A stretch of 64,000 nucleotides of DNA from Raillietiella orientalis (taxonomy: Eukaryota), in NCBI GenBank assembly GCA_036172245.1, contig JAYWIR010000009.1, positions 2,356,001 through 2,420,000 of the forward strand, in the 5' to 3' direction. A program made the translations under genes and the position numbers. A model generated the notes under the pieces. That model had not been told where the DNA came from and made no database searches. It worked only from the letters and a program-made list of their open reading frames with translations. Below, piece after piece: positions 24,651-37,640 of this stretch. How positions within the stretch are numbered: position 1 is the stretch's first letter; each line of letters starts with the position of its first letter.

Positions 24651-26384
24651 AGAGCTTGAAGAACATCCGTAGGAAGTGAGGTTGCAGATTAAGTCGATAA
24701 TAGGTAACATTCCTACATCTCATTGACCTCACCAGGTCATCTTAGCTGACCAATTTACGTATTCCAGCTGGTCCACATTCGTCGGTGTTTGGAAAAGGAA
24801 AGGAAGAGTGGCAACAGTGGCTTTCTCAATGATTTGTTTCTCAGCGCTGCGGTCCTGAAGTCTGCGTGTCATCTCCGTTCCATGACTCGGACTGCAGAAT
24901 TTCTCTTAGACCTCGAAGGCCGCCAAAGTTTTCATGAGCCATAGGGGGAGAAGGGAAGCAGCTGGAAAACTGCGCATTCCGCTGAACGCGCGCAACCTTT
25001 GTAGATGGGAACCGGGAAAGAAGAAAAGGTGTCCTACCCAATCGGAACACCAAGCCGATCCGAGGATCACACGCATAATGGACAGCGTGCAATGAAATGG
25101 AGAAATTTTCAAAGTGGAACGAACTCCTCCTCTTCTCGGAGTCATTCTTTCCCTCCGGATCTTTCAGAGTACACGCGGATCCCATTCGCTTGCTGGTGCT
25201 TTGGACTATGAGGAATCCGCCCTGCAAACCGAGGGTCTCCTTATTGGTATTTTGAATTGTGCACTGCCGGTCCCGAACTGATGGCTCGCGGGGTTTCTTT
25301 AGGACGCAGTAGCCGCTTCCGTTTTCCGATTTGCGGCGCTTCTTCCACCAGCGGCAAAGAGAGGTTTCCCGAAACGTTCCTGCTCCCTGCATCAACTTTC
25401 CAAATTCCACTTTCGAAGTTCCCCTTCCAAATTTTAGAATACAAAATGCATTAAAAAGCAACGCCATGTTGAATACAACTCCCCTGGACCAGAGAAACAC
25501 TCAGACAAACGCAGAAGTGGAACTACAAAGATGGACGGTTACGAAAGCAGTGACCTACAAGACTCGGAAACAGGACTCTTAGTTTACCTGCACCTATGAA
25601 GCGTTCTGAAGACTTCCTGAAGACTAATTTTTTTTTCATGCAGCCAAAGAACAAAGCAGAAAGGTCATCGGCCGTTTCTAGTTGACCGAAGTTCATACAA
25701 GATGACCAACGCATGAGGTAAATTCATGCAGAATGGCGAGGTAACATTTCTTCAAAAATGCATCAAAAGGCTCTCCACACGATTATCACCGTAGCGGAAT
25801 GAATGCTCGAGGGTCAGTGTCCATCTGGTCATCCAGTCGAAAGAGAACTACCACGGCCGTGCGCACTGTTCAAAGTGTAAGAGGTGGTGCAGAACTGCAT
25901 CTAAGAAGGTGTCCCGACTGTGTTGTACGTTGGCACACGCCATCTTCCACCTCAGACTTTCTGCCTGATCATGATGATGACGGACTCCTAGCTTCCTGAC
26001 TCACCAATGCATGTCACCAATGCGCGTCCCGATGCAGGTGGCGAAAAAAAATGTAGAGGCACTCTTCGGCTGGAGTCTTTTACTTTTCACCATCTTCGAC
26101 TGTATTGGTGTGGAGTTTCTGCCCCGTAAAGGAAGTCGGTCAGGAGGCAAACTGACTGTCTTGCTGAAGAAACTCTTCTGGAAATTTGCTCATTCAGCTC
26201 TTCGTTTCCACATCGCATCACATCGTTTCCCCTGTGATGGCTGATGGACTAAATCAAGGATTTAAATAATAAATAAATAATCTCTGATTATGCATTTGAT
26301 AAAGCACAGAAAATCAAATCGGAAGAAAGGACTCCTTGTTCCTGGTGCGGCAAAGATGGGTGTGCTCTTTGTGATTTAAATCCT

Positions 26385-27160
26385 TCTTTTCTGTCTTTGC
26401 AGTTCTTCGACACGGTTCCACGCCACCCGAGGATAAGTAGTTCTTCAAGATAGAGGATACCTCGGGAGGGGTCCGCCCCATGAATCCAGGAAGAACTCAG
26501 AGTCCCTTTCACGCCTGGGGAAGAATCCCCGGAAATGGAGATCACCTCCACCCTGGTTGTATCCGAAGGTGAATCCAGAAGGGAATCCTCCTGCTTTATT
26601 TTCTCCGGAGAGACTCTTGGAGGGGTCCGCTCCATTCTTTCTTCTCTGAAGGGAACCCGGAAAGGATCTCTCCCTAAAATTTCTTCTCCGGAGGGATCCC
26701 CCGAAAGGGATCCGCTCCTGTTTTTACTCCTCTAAACAGAACCCACAAGGGAAGCTTTCGAAATTCATAAGGACGCAGCTTCCCCGAAGGGGTCGGCTCG
26801 CTTCTCTGCACTCTCTGGAGAGGTGGTGGCGACACACCTACTCCATCAATCCGACGCGGAGGGTCCCCTCGGAATAGGGGGTTCGCTCCTTCACAATGGG
26901 AAGGGGAACTCCCCACTCCTTGATTCCTGGAAGGACCCGGAGATCGATTCCCATTTGTCCCGGCCTCATTGGGGGGATCTGGTTTGAACCGCTACCAGTG
27001 CCGCACTCGGATGCATGTAGGTCGACCAGCGTCATCTTGTGGGGTGAAGTCGGCGGGGCCCACGACGCCTCACTGCGCCGATTCCTTCGGAGTATTCGAA
27101 CCCACTATGCATGGTGCGACGCGCGGAGACCACCTTAACCACACGACCTCCGACGCGGGC
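26385..27160 (-). mobile_element. tRNA-derived SINE-like element, copy 5 (near full length)
   Basis: Reverse strand reads GCCCGCGTCGGAGGTCGTGTGGTTAAGG...GGGTTCGAATAC; core CACAAGATGACGCTGGTC; clearest repeat array at 26550-26800; strong similarity to copy 3 (shared AACTCCCCACTCCTTGATTCCTGG). Confidence 0.8.
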
Positions 27161-30100
27161 AAAATATAAATTGCCAGTAGCAACCCCACGAGGAGTTGCT
27201 ACTATTGGTCCAGGATGATGGAAATCCTTAGGTTCTTCTTATTTCTTCTGTCTTCGCTTTTTTTTTCCTTTCTTTGTGATGCGATAAACTAGATTCAGAG
27301 TGCAGAATCGAATATCACGTGCAACAAGTAAGACGAAGCTCTCTTCAGCTTTACTGTTCTGCCTTTGGTAGCAGCTGCAGGGAGCTAACGTATAGGTGCT
27401 TCTTGCACGAAAAAGCACACTTTCTTTGGAATGGAGGGTTCTGTGGAACATTCCATAGCATCACGCATCCACGGACTTGAGCTCCGGTCGCAAAGCTTCC
27501 ATCGCAAAATAGCTTTTCTGATGGCAAGCACTGGTCGTCTCGTAACGGAAACGAAAATCCGATTTTAACGAAACGATCAGCACTTAAGCAGCTTCATCAC
27601 AGCCGTCTCATCTTTCATCCTTTGAAGTGTATCATTGTATTTTCATCCAGCCAGATAACCTGTCACAGACAAACTCCTCATCGTAAAGGGGTACATCACC
27701 GTGGTCATCTACTGCCATACGAAAAAAAAAAAATGGAGAAATTCTTCCATCAAAGAATGAAATTTAGCTCGTCTGCGCCTTCCTTTATCTACAGATGAAG
27801 AAGATCGCTCTCTCATCGCCTGCTGTGTGGTTTGATACACGTTCTTCAGATCTTCTGCTTAAGACTCCATTTGTCCTTCCCAAAGAAGCATAGTATCCAA
27901 GCCGGAGTTGTTTCACAGTTGTCAACGTGTTTCTCCTTATTCATCCGTCTTCATGTTTCCAAAGTTTATGTCACAACAACCTCTGTCCAACCAGTAGCGC
28001 AGCTGACATCGAATCTTAGCAGCAGTTCCATTAAACGGCGTTTAAAAACACAAGTAGAGTTCCATGATTCCATCATTTTCTTTTCCTACCAGATGTCTTG
28101 AAGTGACCCCAGGACGCAGCATGGTATTGATTTTTCGGCATGCATTTATTTACGTCTTTTCCTTTCATTTTTATTTCGGTTGTTTTCTGAAATGCAATTT
28201 TTCGATTGCATGCATCTTTTTGCATCTCGTGTGTTTGTTCAGCACTGCTCTTCGACCCAAGGTGAAATGTAGTTTTCCCTTGACTGATGAAGGAACCAGA
28301 AAAGGGCAGTCGAATTATTGATGGGAAACCGACACGCCCAGCATATGTTTAACATGCACGGATCTATTGGTGCCCCAATTGACGACAGAACGACTCTTAG
28401 CACGCAGACCGAAGCACCGTGCACTGAGCAAAATCCGCTCTTCCTGTTCCTCAAACACAAAGAGGAATCCGATATCTGTGACCAATCTCGTGGTAATCTG
28501 GACTCCTCCGTTTAACTGCCGAAAGTCACGATCACTACGTGGCTCATCTCCGGACAACCGCTTGGAGCAACCGTGTAGGTGTTTCCTTGATATTCGGGAG
28601 CGTCATCAGGATCGCATCTGCTCTCGCCGTCATTCGACTTAGCCCCCTGGAAGTCGGGTTGACACCCTCCTTGCTCCCGAGGCGACGGGAAAGCACCCCT
28701 GCATCTTCTTCGAGTTTCCTTCTCCTCTACGCGTCCGCAAACTTTTTCCTTTTGATTCCGTTCGTGAACCGTTGTTTCCGGGACAGGTTTCATCCCATCT
28801 CTCCCGAAATCCTGCAGCGAACTCTGAAAATCATGTCCTAGTGCTGCTCCCTTTCTCGCCAGGTTGCGTCACTTCCTGGTCTTCTGACTGACACCTCGGA
28901 CGACGTTCATGTTTTCTAATTCACGCCTCCTGTGATCGACGGCACATTCCTGTTATCATTTTTTAAATGTGCCCAGATGCTGCTTTGCTTTCTTTGCCAT
29001 ATCTGTTGTGTGTGTGAACTTTCCGCTCTGGGATGACCTCACGTTTTTCAAGGTCACGTCAAGTCTTCTGCCCCTCGTGACAGGGTCGGGTGCTGTGACG
29101 TGACGTCTTCTGTGTTTGAACAAGAGTTTCCCAAACCCTCCAGGAACCCCGGAATTTCGAACGGAACACCTTGGTTATTTTATAGGGGAGGCAGACATTA
29201 GTAATGAATACATCAAGTTAGTAAACATAAGAGTTGAGAAAACAGAGAACAAACACTTTTTCTCAAATTTGAATTATGTGAAACAAAAACACACGTAGTT
29301 AAACAAAATAGCATGTATGCAGTGAAATTACGTTCTTGATGACGTGGATGTTCTTGGATTACAACTTCTTTTGATATGAGGCACGCAATGTTAGAAAGCT
29401 GCCGACACGCAAATTGAGGAGCTCCTGAGTTTCAAACGTGTGCATTCATCTTCCTCATTTTTCGCGGAACACAGCTGGGGGCCACTGTGGTTTATAACTT
29501 GATCTGGCTGTGATTCGCGACCTTCAAGACTCCTATATTGTGACCTCACACATAAGTCCCCCGGGTCACGGTGGCGCAACAGCTCATCATTGAAGGATCT
29601 GAACCACCTGCGAGCTTTGAAGAGTCCACGACACATTAAGAGAGGGTGTACAAGGGGATCATCCGCAGTATCCCGAGTTTCTTCTTCCGCACAGCCGGGG
29701 TCTCTGTAGGCTGCTGCTAGGTTCATCTAGTGTTTCCTGTGTTTCTTTAATGTTCTCTTCACTTCTGTACATGCCGACGACCCCGGCTTGCTTCGCATCG
29801 TCTCGGATAGTGGTCCACCACCACCTTATCCTGACAAGTCTTGCACCTCTTCCCCCGTTCCTTTAGGGTTTGCGCGCCCTGATGTTCTTCGCATCGAACG
29901 AGTTCATGCACCTCCCTGTTTTGCGCAGGAACCGCTTCGAGGAGGTCATGTTTCCAAAGGAAGCGCTAAAATCATGATGAGGAGAGGTGCAAGCTCGTCT
30001 GAATTACGTGGGAGCGTACTTGCCGCTAATTATAATTACATAAGTTGTGGGCGATCCACAAGATCGGATCTCTGAGAGCTCCTTCCGTTCGCTCATAGGT

Positions 30101-31228
30101 CCCCACTGATAAAGCGCATTCGTTACTGACATCATCATCACGCTGTTACTCTGTAGCGTCCATAAGTACTTTAAAATTCGATGTCGATGGCTTCTTCCAT
30201 CATGAGCGGTCTGTATTTAAGCCACTTGTGGTTCGACAAGGGCATTACAAACCTCGTTTGTATATCTCAAGTGGCACGGGTCGAGATCATCCACCTGGCC
30301 AGTAGAAGCCACACCCAGGTTTCCAAAAGTCCTTTCCTCAAGACGCTTGGTTATTGAAATGGTTTTCTGAGCTTCGCAAGTGGAATGCTCGCGTGCGCTC
30401 AGTTCGGAGGCTTTGAGCGTTTCAGCCTCCAGTCGGTTTGAGAAAAAATGCGAGTTGCCTTGGTGTGGCGCATGTGGCAAAAAAGTTTTGCCGCCGGCCG
30501 TTCCCGTGCCTGGGAAACTTCCACCGCCCATACTTTGGTAACCATTGCTACGTACCTAAACTCCTGCTAAGAAACCGGAAACTGATGGCCTGGAAAACAC
30601 CCACGGTGTTTCCGAGCTCGTTTGGAATAGGCGTGGTGACCTCCTGACGTCGGATGCATCGAGTTTTCTATCCTCACCCTAAAGCCTCTATCCTTGTCTC
30701 CGCGGAGGGCCTTCAGATTACTTCAAATGCTTTTTAGATAGAAAAAAAAAAAAAAATTGAGGATGTTCTGAGGTACATGAGCGACGGAATATTCCAGGAA
30801 GACTCTGAATTTCGAAAAGAACGAAAGATAAAAAAATGAAAAGCAAGAACAAACACATCAATAGTTGCTGTTGTTTGTTTGTTTGTTTTTTGCCCGTGAA
30901 GGCAAAACAAAGAGACGGATGTGGTTAATCTACCGGTGAAAAATGAAAGGCTCCATTTATAAATCTGAAAAACAAAGGAAAGTCTCATTATGTGCGGAGG
31001 AAATTGCGTCTCCCTTATCCAGCTGAAAAATGTTTACGGGGCAAAATGTTGCTTATTGCCTTTCCTTCCACTTCGATCCTGTCTGTCCCATCGCTGCTGG
31101 CCTTCCTGAGCAATCGGAATCTTAGAAATCACTCCGCCGAGGAGCACGCGCTCCCGAGCTTTTGGTTCCGCAACGAATTGTATCGGATTCTTAGCCTTTT
31201 AATTTGAGCCCTTTAATTTGCAAAACAA

Positions 31229-31229
31229 A

Positions 31230-31260
<31 letters not shown>

Positions 31261-31266
31261 CACACA
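31229..31266. repeat. (CA)n microsatellite
   Basis: Directly visible; similar tracts occur at ~15383, ~52090 and ~56252. Confidence 0.95.
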
Positions 31267-31809
31267 AAACAAAAAAAAAAAACTTTTCTGGTGCCATGAT
31301 GATGCCACGTCGGAGGAGACGCCATTTCTGTGCTGGGAGGACAGTTGCAAATTATATGCAGGGGAGCCTGGAGGAGTTGCTTCTCTCAGTATTCATGCTG
31401 ACGGCTTCTTTTGCCACATCGCTGGGGCGATTTCTTTTTTCTTTTCCACTCTGTTGCCTGAAATACAAATATGCCCGTTCATCTGGAGGATGCTCACTTA
31501 TTCGGAAATATCAGACATCCCGTTACAGCTTCCCAGATCTCCTTATTCTGTGTTTATGATGCGATTTCCTTTTCGAAGCGAAACCGACGGAAAAATCTCG
31601 AAACCTCAGACTGTCGAAAAGATGAAGGAATAAAAATGCCGGACGACACGCTCGCACAAGAAGCGCCTTTACGGAGAAAACGCCGGAGCGCCTTCACCGA
31701 TGTGGTTCTTGAGCTTCCGAGAGGTTGTCTTTGCGAGCTCCGCGGTTCTCGTGCTTCGCTTCAGAGTTCGCCATTCATGTGCCACCGCAGGCGGTGATGG
31801 GTCACATCT

Positions 31810-32135
31810 TCGGCATGCCTGATTGCTCCGAATCTTCTCAAGTGTCGCTCCCTGAAGGAAGCGGCGTGCTTCTTGATACTCTGGAAAAGTAGCGGCCAGC
31901 TCCATGGTACGCGGTGGCAGGTCTCCCCCTGTGGATGGAACCCGGATGCTCTGGGAGGACCCCGGAGGGCCGACTTTTAATCCCGTCCAGGCAAGGGGAA
32001 CGCCTGGTTTCCAGCAGTGCCGCATCTGAAGTCTATAAGGCCAGCCAGCGTCATCTTGCGGGAAGAATTCCAACCCGCGACCCACCTCCAATTTCTCAGC
32101 GTCGATTCTTCCCCGGGTGCGACACGCTGCCGCTA
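31810..32135 (-). mobile_element. SINE-like element, copy 6 (5' half, decayed head)
   Basis: Reverse strand TTCCCGCAAGATGACGCTGGCTGGCC...GATGCGGCACTG...GTCGGCCCTCCGGGGTCCTCCCAG. Confidence 0.7.
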
Positions 32136-32229
32136 AAGGGAGCTCCGAAGTTTCTGTGTTCACTTTCTGCTGCATTCATCGTACCATCGATGGTTTTGCA
32201 TCTCTTGGTGTCATCCCTCCTCTTCCTCC

Positions 32230-32800
32230 CTCCCTATCCACAGCATCCACCTTTCCCGGACGAGGAGCCACCTTCGCTCTGCTGGGGGAAGGTGCCTGCG
32301 ACCAGGAGCCTCCAGGGCGTCTCACCTTCCCGGGCGTCCGCGAATGGAAGTCGCCTGCTGACCCCCTCCTCTTCCATGGATAAGCGCGCTCTGCGCCCTG
32401 TTGTAGCCGCTCCTGCCGGGACAATCTTGAAAGAGCTTTTCAGCACTGCACATCTATTTAGAGACCAGAGATCCTTGAGAGTATCAGCTTCTTTCACTTT
32501 CGCACCAGTGCCCAGGCCGCACCGCCGATTTACCGTTGTTGTCCACCTTGAAAGGGTCAGCTCACGTATCTTTGCCGCGACCCCGGCTCTTCCGTCCGGG
32601 ACTGCGGAAGAAACTTCCAGCAAATATCGAATGATGCGAACTTTTAGGAAATCAGGTTCTCCGTTTGGAACTTCATCCCCCTCTCCCCACTCAGCAGCAG
32701 CCCCTGGGTTCGGAAAGATGAAGACCGCTTTCGAATCCGCGGATGGCTTCCAGATATAAGCGGACCCCCGAACGAGGAACGGGTTAGCTAAAGTTCGCAA
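32230..32800 (-). mobile_element. Possible retrotransposon ORF1-like remnant
   Basis: 205-aa GC-rich ORF next to a SINE copy; only vague ORF1-like character and no clean motif. Confidence 0.2.
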
Positions 32801-34448
32801 TAATGCGGGATTCATCTGATGAATAATCCACACGTTACCATGGCTTCCCAATGAGGAGATTTATCCTCTTTTTTTAATTATATATAATTTACCCAAATGC
32901 CTCCTCCGTATGGTAAGATTAAAAATTAAGCAACCGTCCCTTTCTCAAGTGATAAACGACCTCCTTTGAGCAGGAAATTGAAACAAGTTATCTTCCCGTT
33001 TATCTATCTTTCAGTGCCAGCAGGAAGAAATACAGAAACATCAATTTTTAATTAATATGTTGCTTGCAATCAATAAAGCGAAAGGCGAAAAATTCATCAT
33101 CGTCAGATCGCGCACCAATCTCTCCTCCCCCCGTGGTTAATGCGATTCGTGTGTGCGAACCACCGCTCTCTTAGTCCACAGCCTTCTGATTGTGCGGAAG
33201 AGAAACAAGCGCGGTAAGAAAACCACTGCTTCGGGAACACGGGAGAGCACGCTGCGGTCCTGCAGCTGAGGGAACGAGCGTCGCCAGCTGCAGGACCCTT
33301 CTGCGTCCGTTGCATGTATCCGCACCTCCCGAACTCCCGTCAGTGGAGTGGAGTGGAGAAGAAAAGTGGACGCCCGCGGTCCGCCACTGGGCTCTGGTTG
33401 CTGCAAAGTGGCGGCGGGACATTTGCAGGGCGGGCGTGGCGGCGGAAGAGCATGACCTCATTTTCACTTTCCGCATCCTCCCGCGAGCACTGCAATTGGC
33501 GGTCGATTCGGAGCCGTCTTGACACGCATTCGCAGAGGCCCCGTGCGAAGGAGAAAGGTGAGTTGGCCGTGCCCGGGATTTTCGCCCTCCAGCGCAAGGT
33601 GTCTCAGAGAGCCCCTTTTCCGGATTTCCGTCATGCGAGTCCCGTCGCATGAGCTGGAATTTACCTGCCCCCCTCGCGAATCGCACGGCAACGTTGACTC
33701 TGGACATGGGATGACGCAGGATGCCATGCGGTGGGGGGATGCAGGACACGGGGGTCTCAGAGTGCAGGAACGAACGGTGGTGCAGAAAGCTGAATCTCTC
33801 ACCTTTGCGCCTCAATTGCGCCCTGTGAGACCTTAGAGTGGTCTCCTTGTGAAAACAGTAGGCACATGGACTCGTGTTATCCTCAAGAGGAGATGCCAGC
33901 ATCAGAATCAGGTGGATGACGAAAAAGTGGATGCTTCCGTCTGAGAGAAATTACTACCAATTCCACCATCTACGGAACAAAAATGGCGAAAGGTGCAGCG
34001 CCATCTTGAAAGAGATGTCTCCAGATGGAATAAGCAGTGATAAACTCCCTCGTAGATGACGATATGGAGTACGAAGGCCCTTGAGTAACGGTGAACCTAA
34101 TGGATGATATGTTGGTACTCTCTTGTAAGAAAGCCGATATTCACTTCTTCGTGGGCAGTTTGGGTCAAGCGGGAGGAAAATCAAATCAAAAAGGATGCAT
34201 TGCTCCTGGTTTGAGCTTTTGAAGTCAGAAACACGATCTGACGGCAACGGATTCTCAGTAAAGTCCTGGGGAACTTACCTTGAATTCTGGATGCGTCCAG
34301 GATTATTGTACTACGTTTCTTCGCATACCCATTTTCTTAGAGAATACACTAATGTATTCAATGATGGAAGAAATAAGTGTCGAAGAATATTCTAAATTCG
34401 CCCGTCAGGTCTCAAAGGCTTGTCACTAATCACTTGTTCCAGCAATCC

Positions 34449-34519
34449 TAGATATAGATATAGGCAGATAGAGATAGACGGACATTGAGATAGAGGTAGG
34501 TAGAGATAGAGATATATAT
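34449..34519. repeat. Degenerate (AGAT/AGAGAT)n simple repeat
   Basis: Directly visible. Confidence 0.8.
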
Positions 34520-36829
34520 TCATGCCTTAAATCTCCTCAACTGATTGATTTCCGGGATGAAGAATTAATATTCCACGAGGATAAGAAATTAATACTGGGA
34601 TTTTTTTAATATGACAGTAACATATATCCAGAGGGTATTCGAGAATTCTTATTTTGGTTTCCTCGGAAACAGCCAGGAATACCATAATTGAGGATGCAGC
34701 ATGTGAAGATGATGGGGCAGCTACTGCGGTCGTATCATCTTCAAGAAATTCTGCTTTGAACACTGAGATTAGTAATCCTTCAGTAACCCACAAAAAGGGA
34801 TGGTCATCAATCGATTCTTTTTTATTCATGATTCAGCATCTGTAGAAATAAGCATTCAGTGGTGAACTGAACGGAAACTGGGGTTTCTCTGTCTTCGAGA
34901 GGTGGAACGGGGATAATTCCTCCCCCACTTGACGGTGTTGTCTTCTGGAAGACAGCTGGATGGAAGGACCCTTTGACTGGAGCGACGACGGAATAGCTTT
35001 GAATCGGTTGTTCCCGGTTTCCTCGCGTTCGCGTTCCCGAATAGCCGAAGCGGCTCGAAACGGACGGTGTACGCACATTACCTTAGAACCGAGCAGCATC
35101 CTTGGATGCATCCAAGAAACCAAGATTAACAACGAATACTGACTTCGCTCGATTTGAATCATTAAAGACATTCGAAGAGGAGGAAGACAGCTTGCGAAGT
35201 TGCACACGGGGGGCAAGAAATTGTAGATTTCAGACAACAGATCAAGTGGAAAATGGAGGTGAGCAAGTGGAGGATGATTTTAGAAATGCCAATCGCTTTA
35301 AATTAACAAGTAGAAGTGGATGGACTAAGTTTTGAGTCGTCTGGAAACCATCCCATCAATAACACTGAGGACTGCTGGAGGCATCCTTCTACAGCGGAAC
35401 ATGTAGAGCGTGGAACAGAAGCGCCAACGAAAGCAAATCCATTGAATTATTAACGGATGAAGCATATGTGACTGCTTAGCAGTTTGCAAACGAAACGCAT
35501 CAGGGAAAAAGCCATTCGATTAGTGAGCATCTGAGGTGTTCATCTGAGTTTCAGTGTCCATCCCCGCTGAAACTGGAATCGGAAATTGCAGCTGCTTTTC
35601 AGAAGCAGCCACCTTTGGACCCAGCCGAGCATTTTGTTCAGAGAGGAGCTCTTGGGCGACGCCTTCCCTGCACGTGTGTCGGGAGCAAAGGCTGCCGTGC
35701 ACGCGCGTGGACACTTGGGAACACGAGTAGGCTCGAAAGGGGTGATGATGTCTTTCATTGATGTTCCTGGCGAGGCGTGCGTTTCGGCCCTGAGTGCATC
35801 TTTGGCGTCGCTGAAGGTTGAAAGGAGGCGCAGTTCAGCTGCGTGAGAATCAAACTCTCTGCCTTTGCGCCGTCCACGCACCCATCTCGACGGAACACGA
35901 ACACTCAAAACCATTCCTCCTTGGAAAACAGATCACGTTAGGTGATAAGCCGACGATTTTCGGAAAATTTTTCTGTCGGGGTCTACTCGATCGTGCTGGC
36001 GCGGCCAATCAGAACGACGCATTCTGAGGAGCTGGGCTTTGAGGCTTTCCTTTTTTTCCTCCTTTTTTTCTTTTGCAGGACAATCCGTAGCCGTGGCACA
36101 TACAGGAAGCATGGACACACCAGAACGGGTGGAGCGCAAGGGATGTCTCGGGAAGCAAAGGCATCCGATCCCTGGCGAAGGCACCCTTTCCTGCCTCCTC
36201 TTGACCGCGTTCCTCAAGACACGTGAGGCTGCAGAAACCCGAAATCGCAGACCCTTGAATTCTCCGGCAGCGACTGCGGGAGAACACCACGAAACGGTAC
36301 CGCTGATAATGGGAAAAGATAAGCAAAGGCAATCGAAAGCAGCTGGGGTTCGTGCTAGAAGTGTACGATGGGATGGAGATTTTCAGTAGATGCGACCAAC
36401 TCGCTCGATGCTCTTGACCAAATATTCGGTGTCAAGAGCATTGAGTAGGCGGTTCTAGTGATCCCGAAGGTTCTTGTACATTCTTCGGTCCGTTTCGCAA
36501 TGAGGAAAATCATCCAAAATCATCTGTGCCTTCCTTCTACGGAACAGAGCGGAAGACGCAGAATTAGGTCCTATAGAACGAAGACGGACACACGGCATTC
36601 CAAATCAGTGCAGTGTGATTGTGTACCGTACGTAGATAAAGTATTCATTAAAATGTGCGATCTTAGGCATGTACATGTGTGAGTAGATAGGCTATTGGAA
36701 AAGGATGCTTCCATTGCCTAGAACTACATTTATACAACACGTTACGGGGGGAGGGGTGACATTCTTCCGGAATTCCTCCTCTGTTCATTTGGGGCGATCG
36801 TCGTCCCTCAGCAGGTCAGTTCCTCGACT

Positions 36830-37215
36830 TCCTGTCCTCCGCCTCGCAAGAGCTGACCGCTGGGGTTCTCAGGTTGGCTGCATAGTGGTTGCTGGAATAC
36901 GGGCTGCACGAAGCCACCATTCGCTTCCTCATCGTCACTAACCAGACTGAAAAAAGGCGCTGTGACTGCAACGACCTGTTGCATCCGCGCCATCGTGACA
37001 GCCCGTCACGTGCCGGAGTCAGGTTCGTGGCGAAGAATGGGCAGCAGCCCTCATAAGGGATGCAGCAAGGTGGCCCCATCTGCCAGAAGTCACCAGGGAT
37101 GAATCAGGTTATCCTCAGTGAACTTTCTGAGGGGATACCCTTCTTTCCCTCCTCCTTGAAGTTTATTTTGTTCTTGTTTCAAAATAAACGTCCCGGAGCA
37201 GCCGGGTTCAAGCAT
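36830..37215 (+). mobile_element. L1/Tx1-like element, short 3' fragment
   Basis: GCAAGGTGGCCCCATCTGCCAGAAGTC matches 9664-9690; TTGTTCTTGTTTCAAAATAAACGTCCCGGAGCAGCCGGGTTCAA is nearly identical to 9918-9960. Confidence 0.85.
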
Positions 37216-37284
37216 CATCACCAAGTGCTTTTCCGGAATTCTAAGATCCTGCAGTGCTTCTTCGTCACCTGGATCCCACTCTGG

Positions 37285-37640
37285 GTCCAGGATGACACCA
37301 GAAGAACGCGCATGCCGGTGCTGCCGGAAAGAAGACGAAACGTCGTCTCACATGGAAAACAGATGCAGGAGGCACACTCATCTGTCCACTGAGCGACACG
37401 ACGCAATCCAAGAGATGATCATCAAGGCCACAGCGGATGAAGCAAAGTGGACCCTAGTGTCCACTAACCCGAGGGCTCCAGGGACGAATTTCCCTCTTAA
37501 AACCGGACTTGGTGATGAAGAAAGGAAACCGGAAGACAGTGCTGAACGTCTGCTGCCCATTCGAAGGTGGAAGCTTCGCATAGGTGCTTCCGTAAGGCAT
37601 TTCGCATCTTACACAGAGAAGGGATATTCCGTAAGCTCTC
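37285..37640 (+). mobile_element. R2-superfamily (RLE-type) non-LTR retrotransposon fragment: CCHC finger plus restriction-like endonuclease
   Basis: RACRCCRKEDETSSHMENRC...ERHDAIQEMIIKA, then after a 1-nt frameshift KPDLVMKKGNRKTVLNVCCPFE. This is the CxxC..ETxxHxxxxC / RH(D/N) / PD..D order of R2/NeSL/Utopia-type elements. Confidence 0.8.

Noticed and set aside
27085..27160. tRNA gene (also ~20900-20973, ~4345-4420, ~12030-12095)
   Set aside because: A and B boxes are present but there is no intact cloverleaf, and each runs into the same repeat body, so these are SINE heads.
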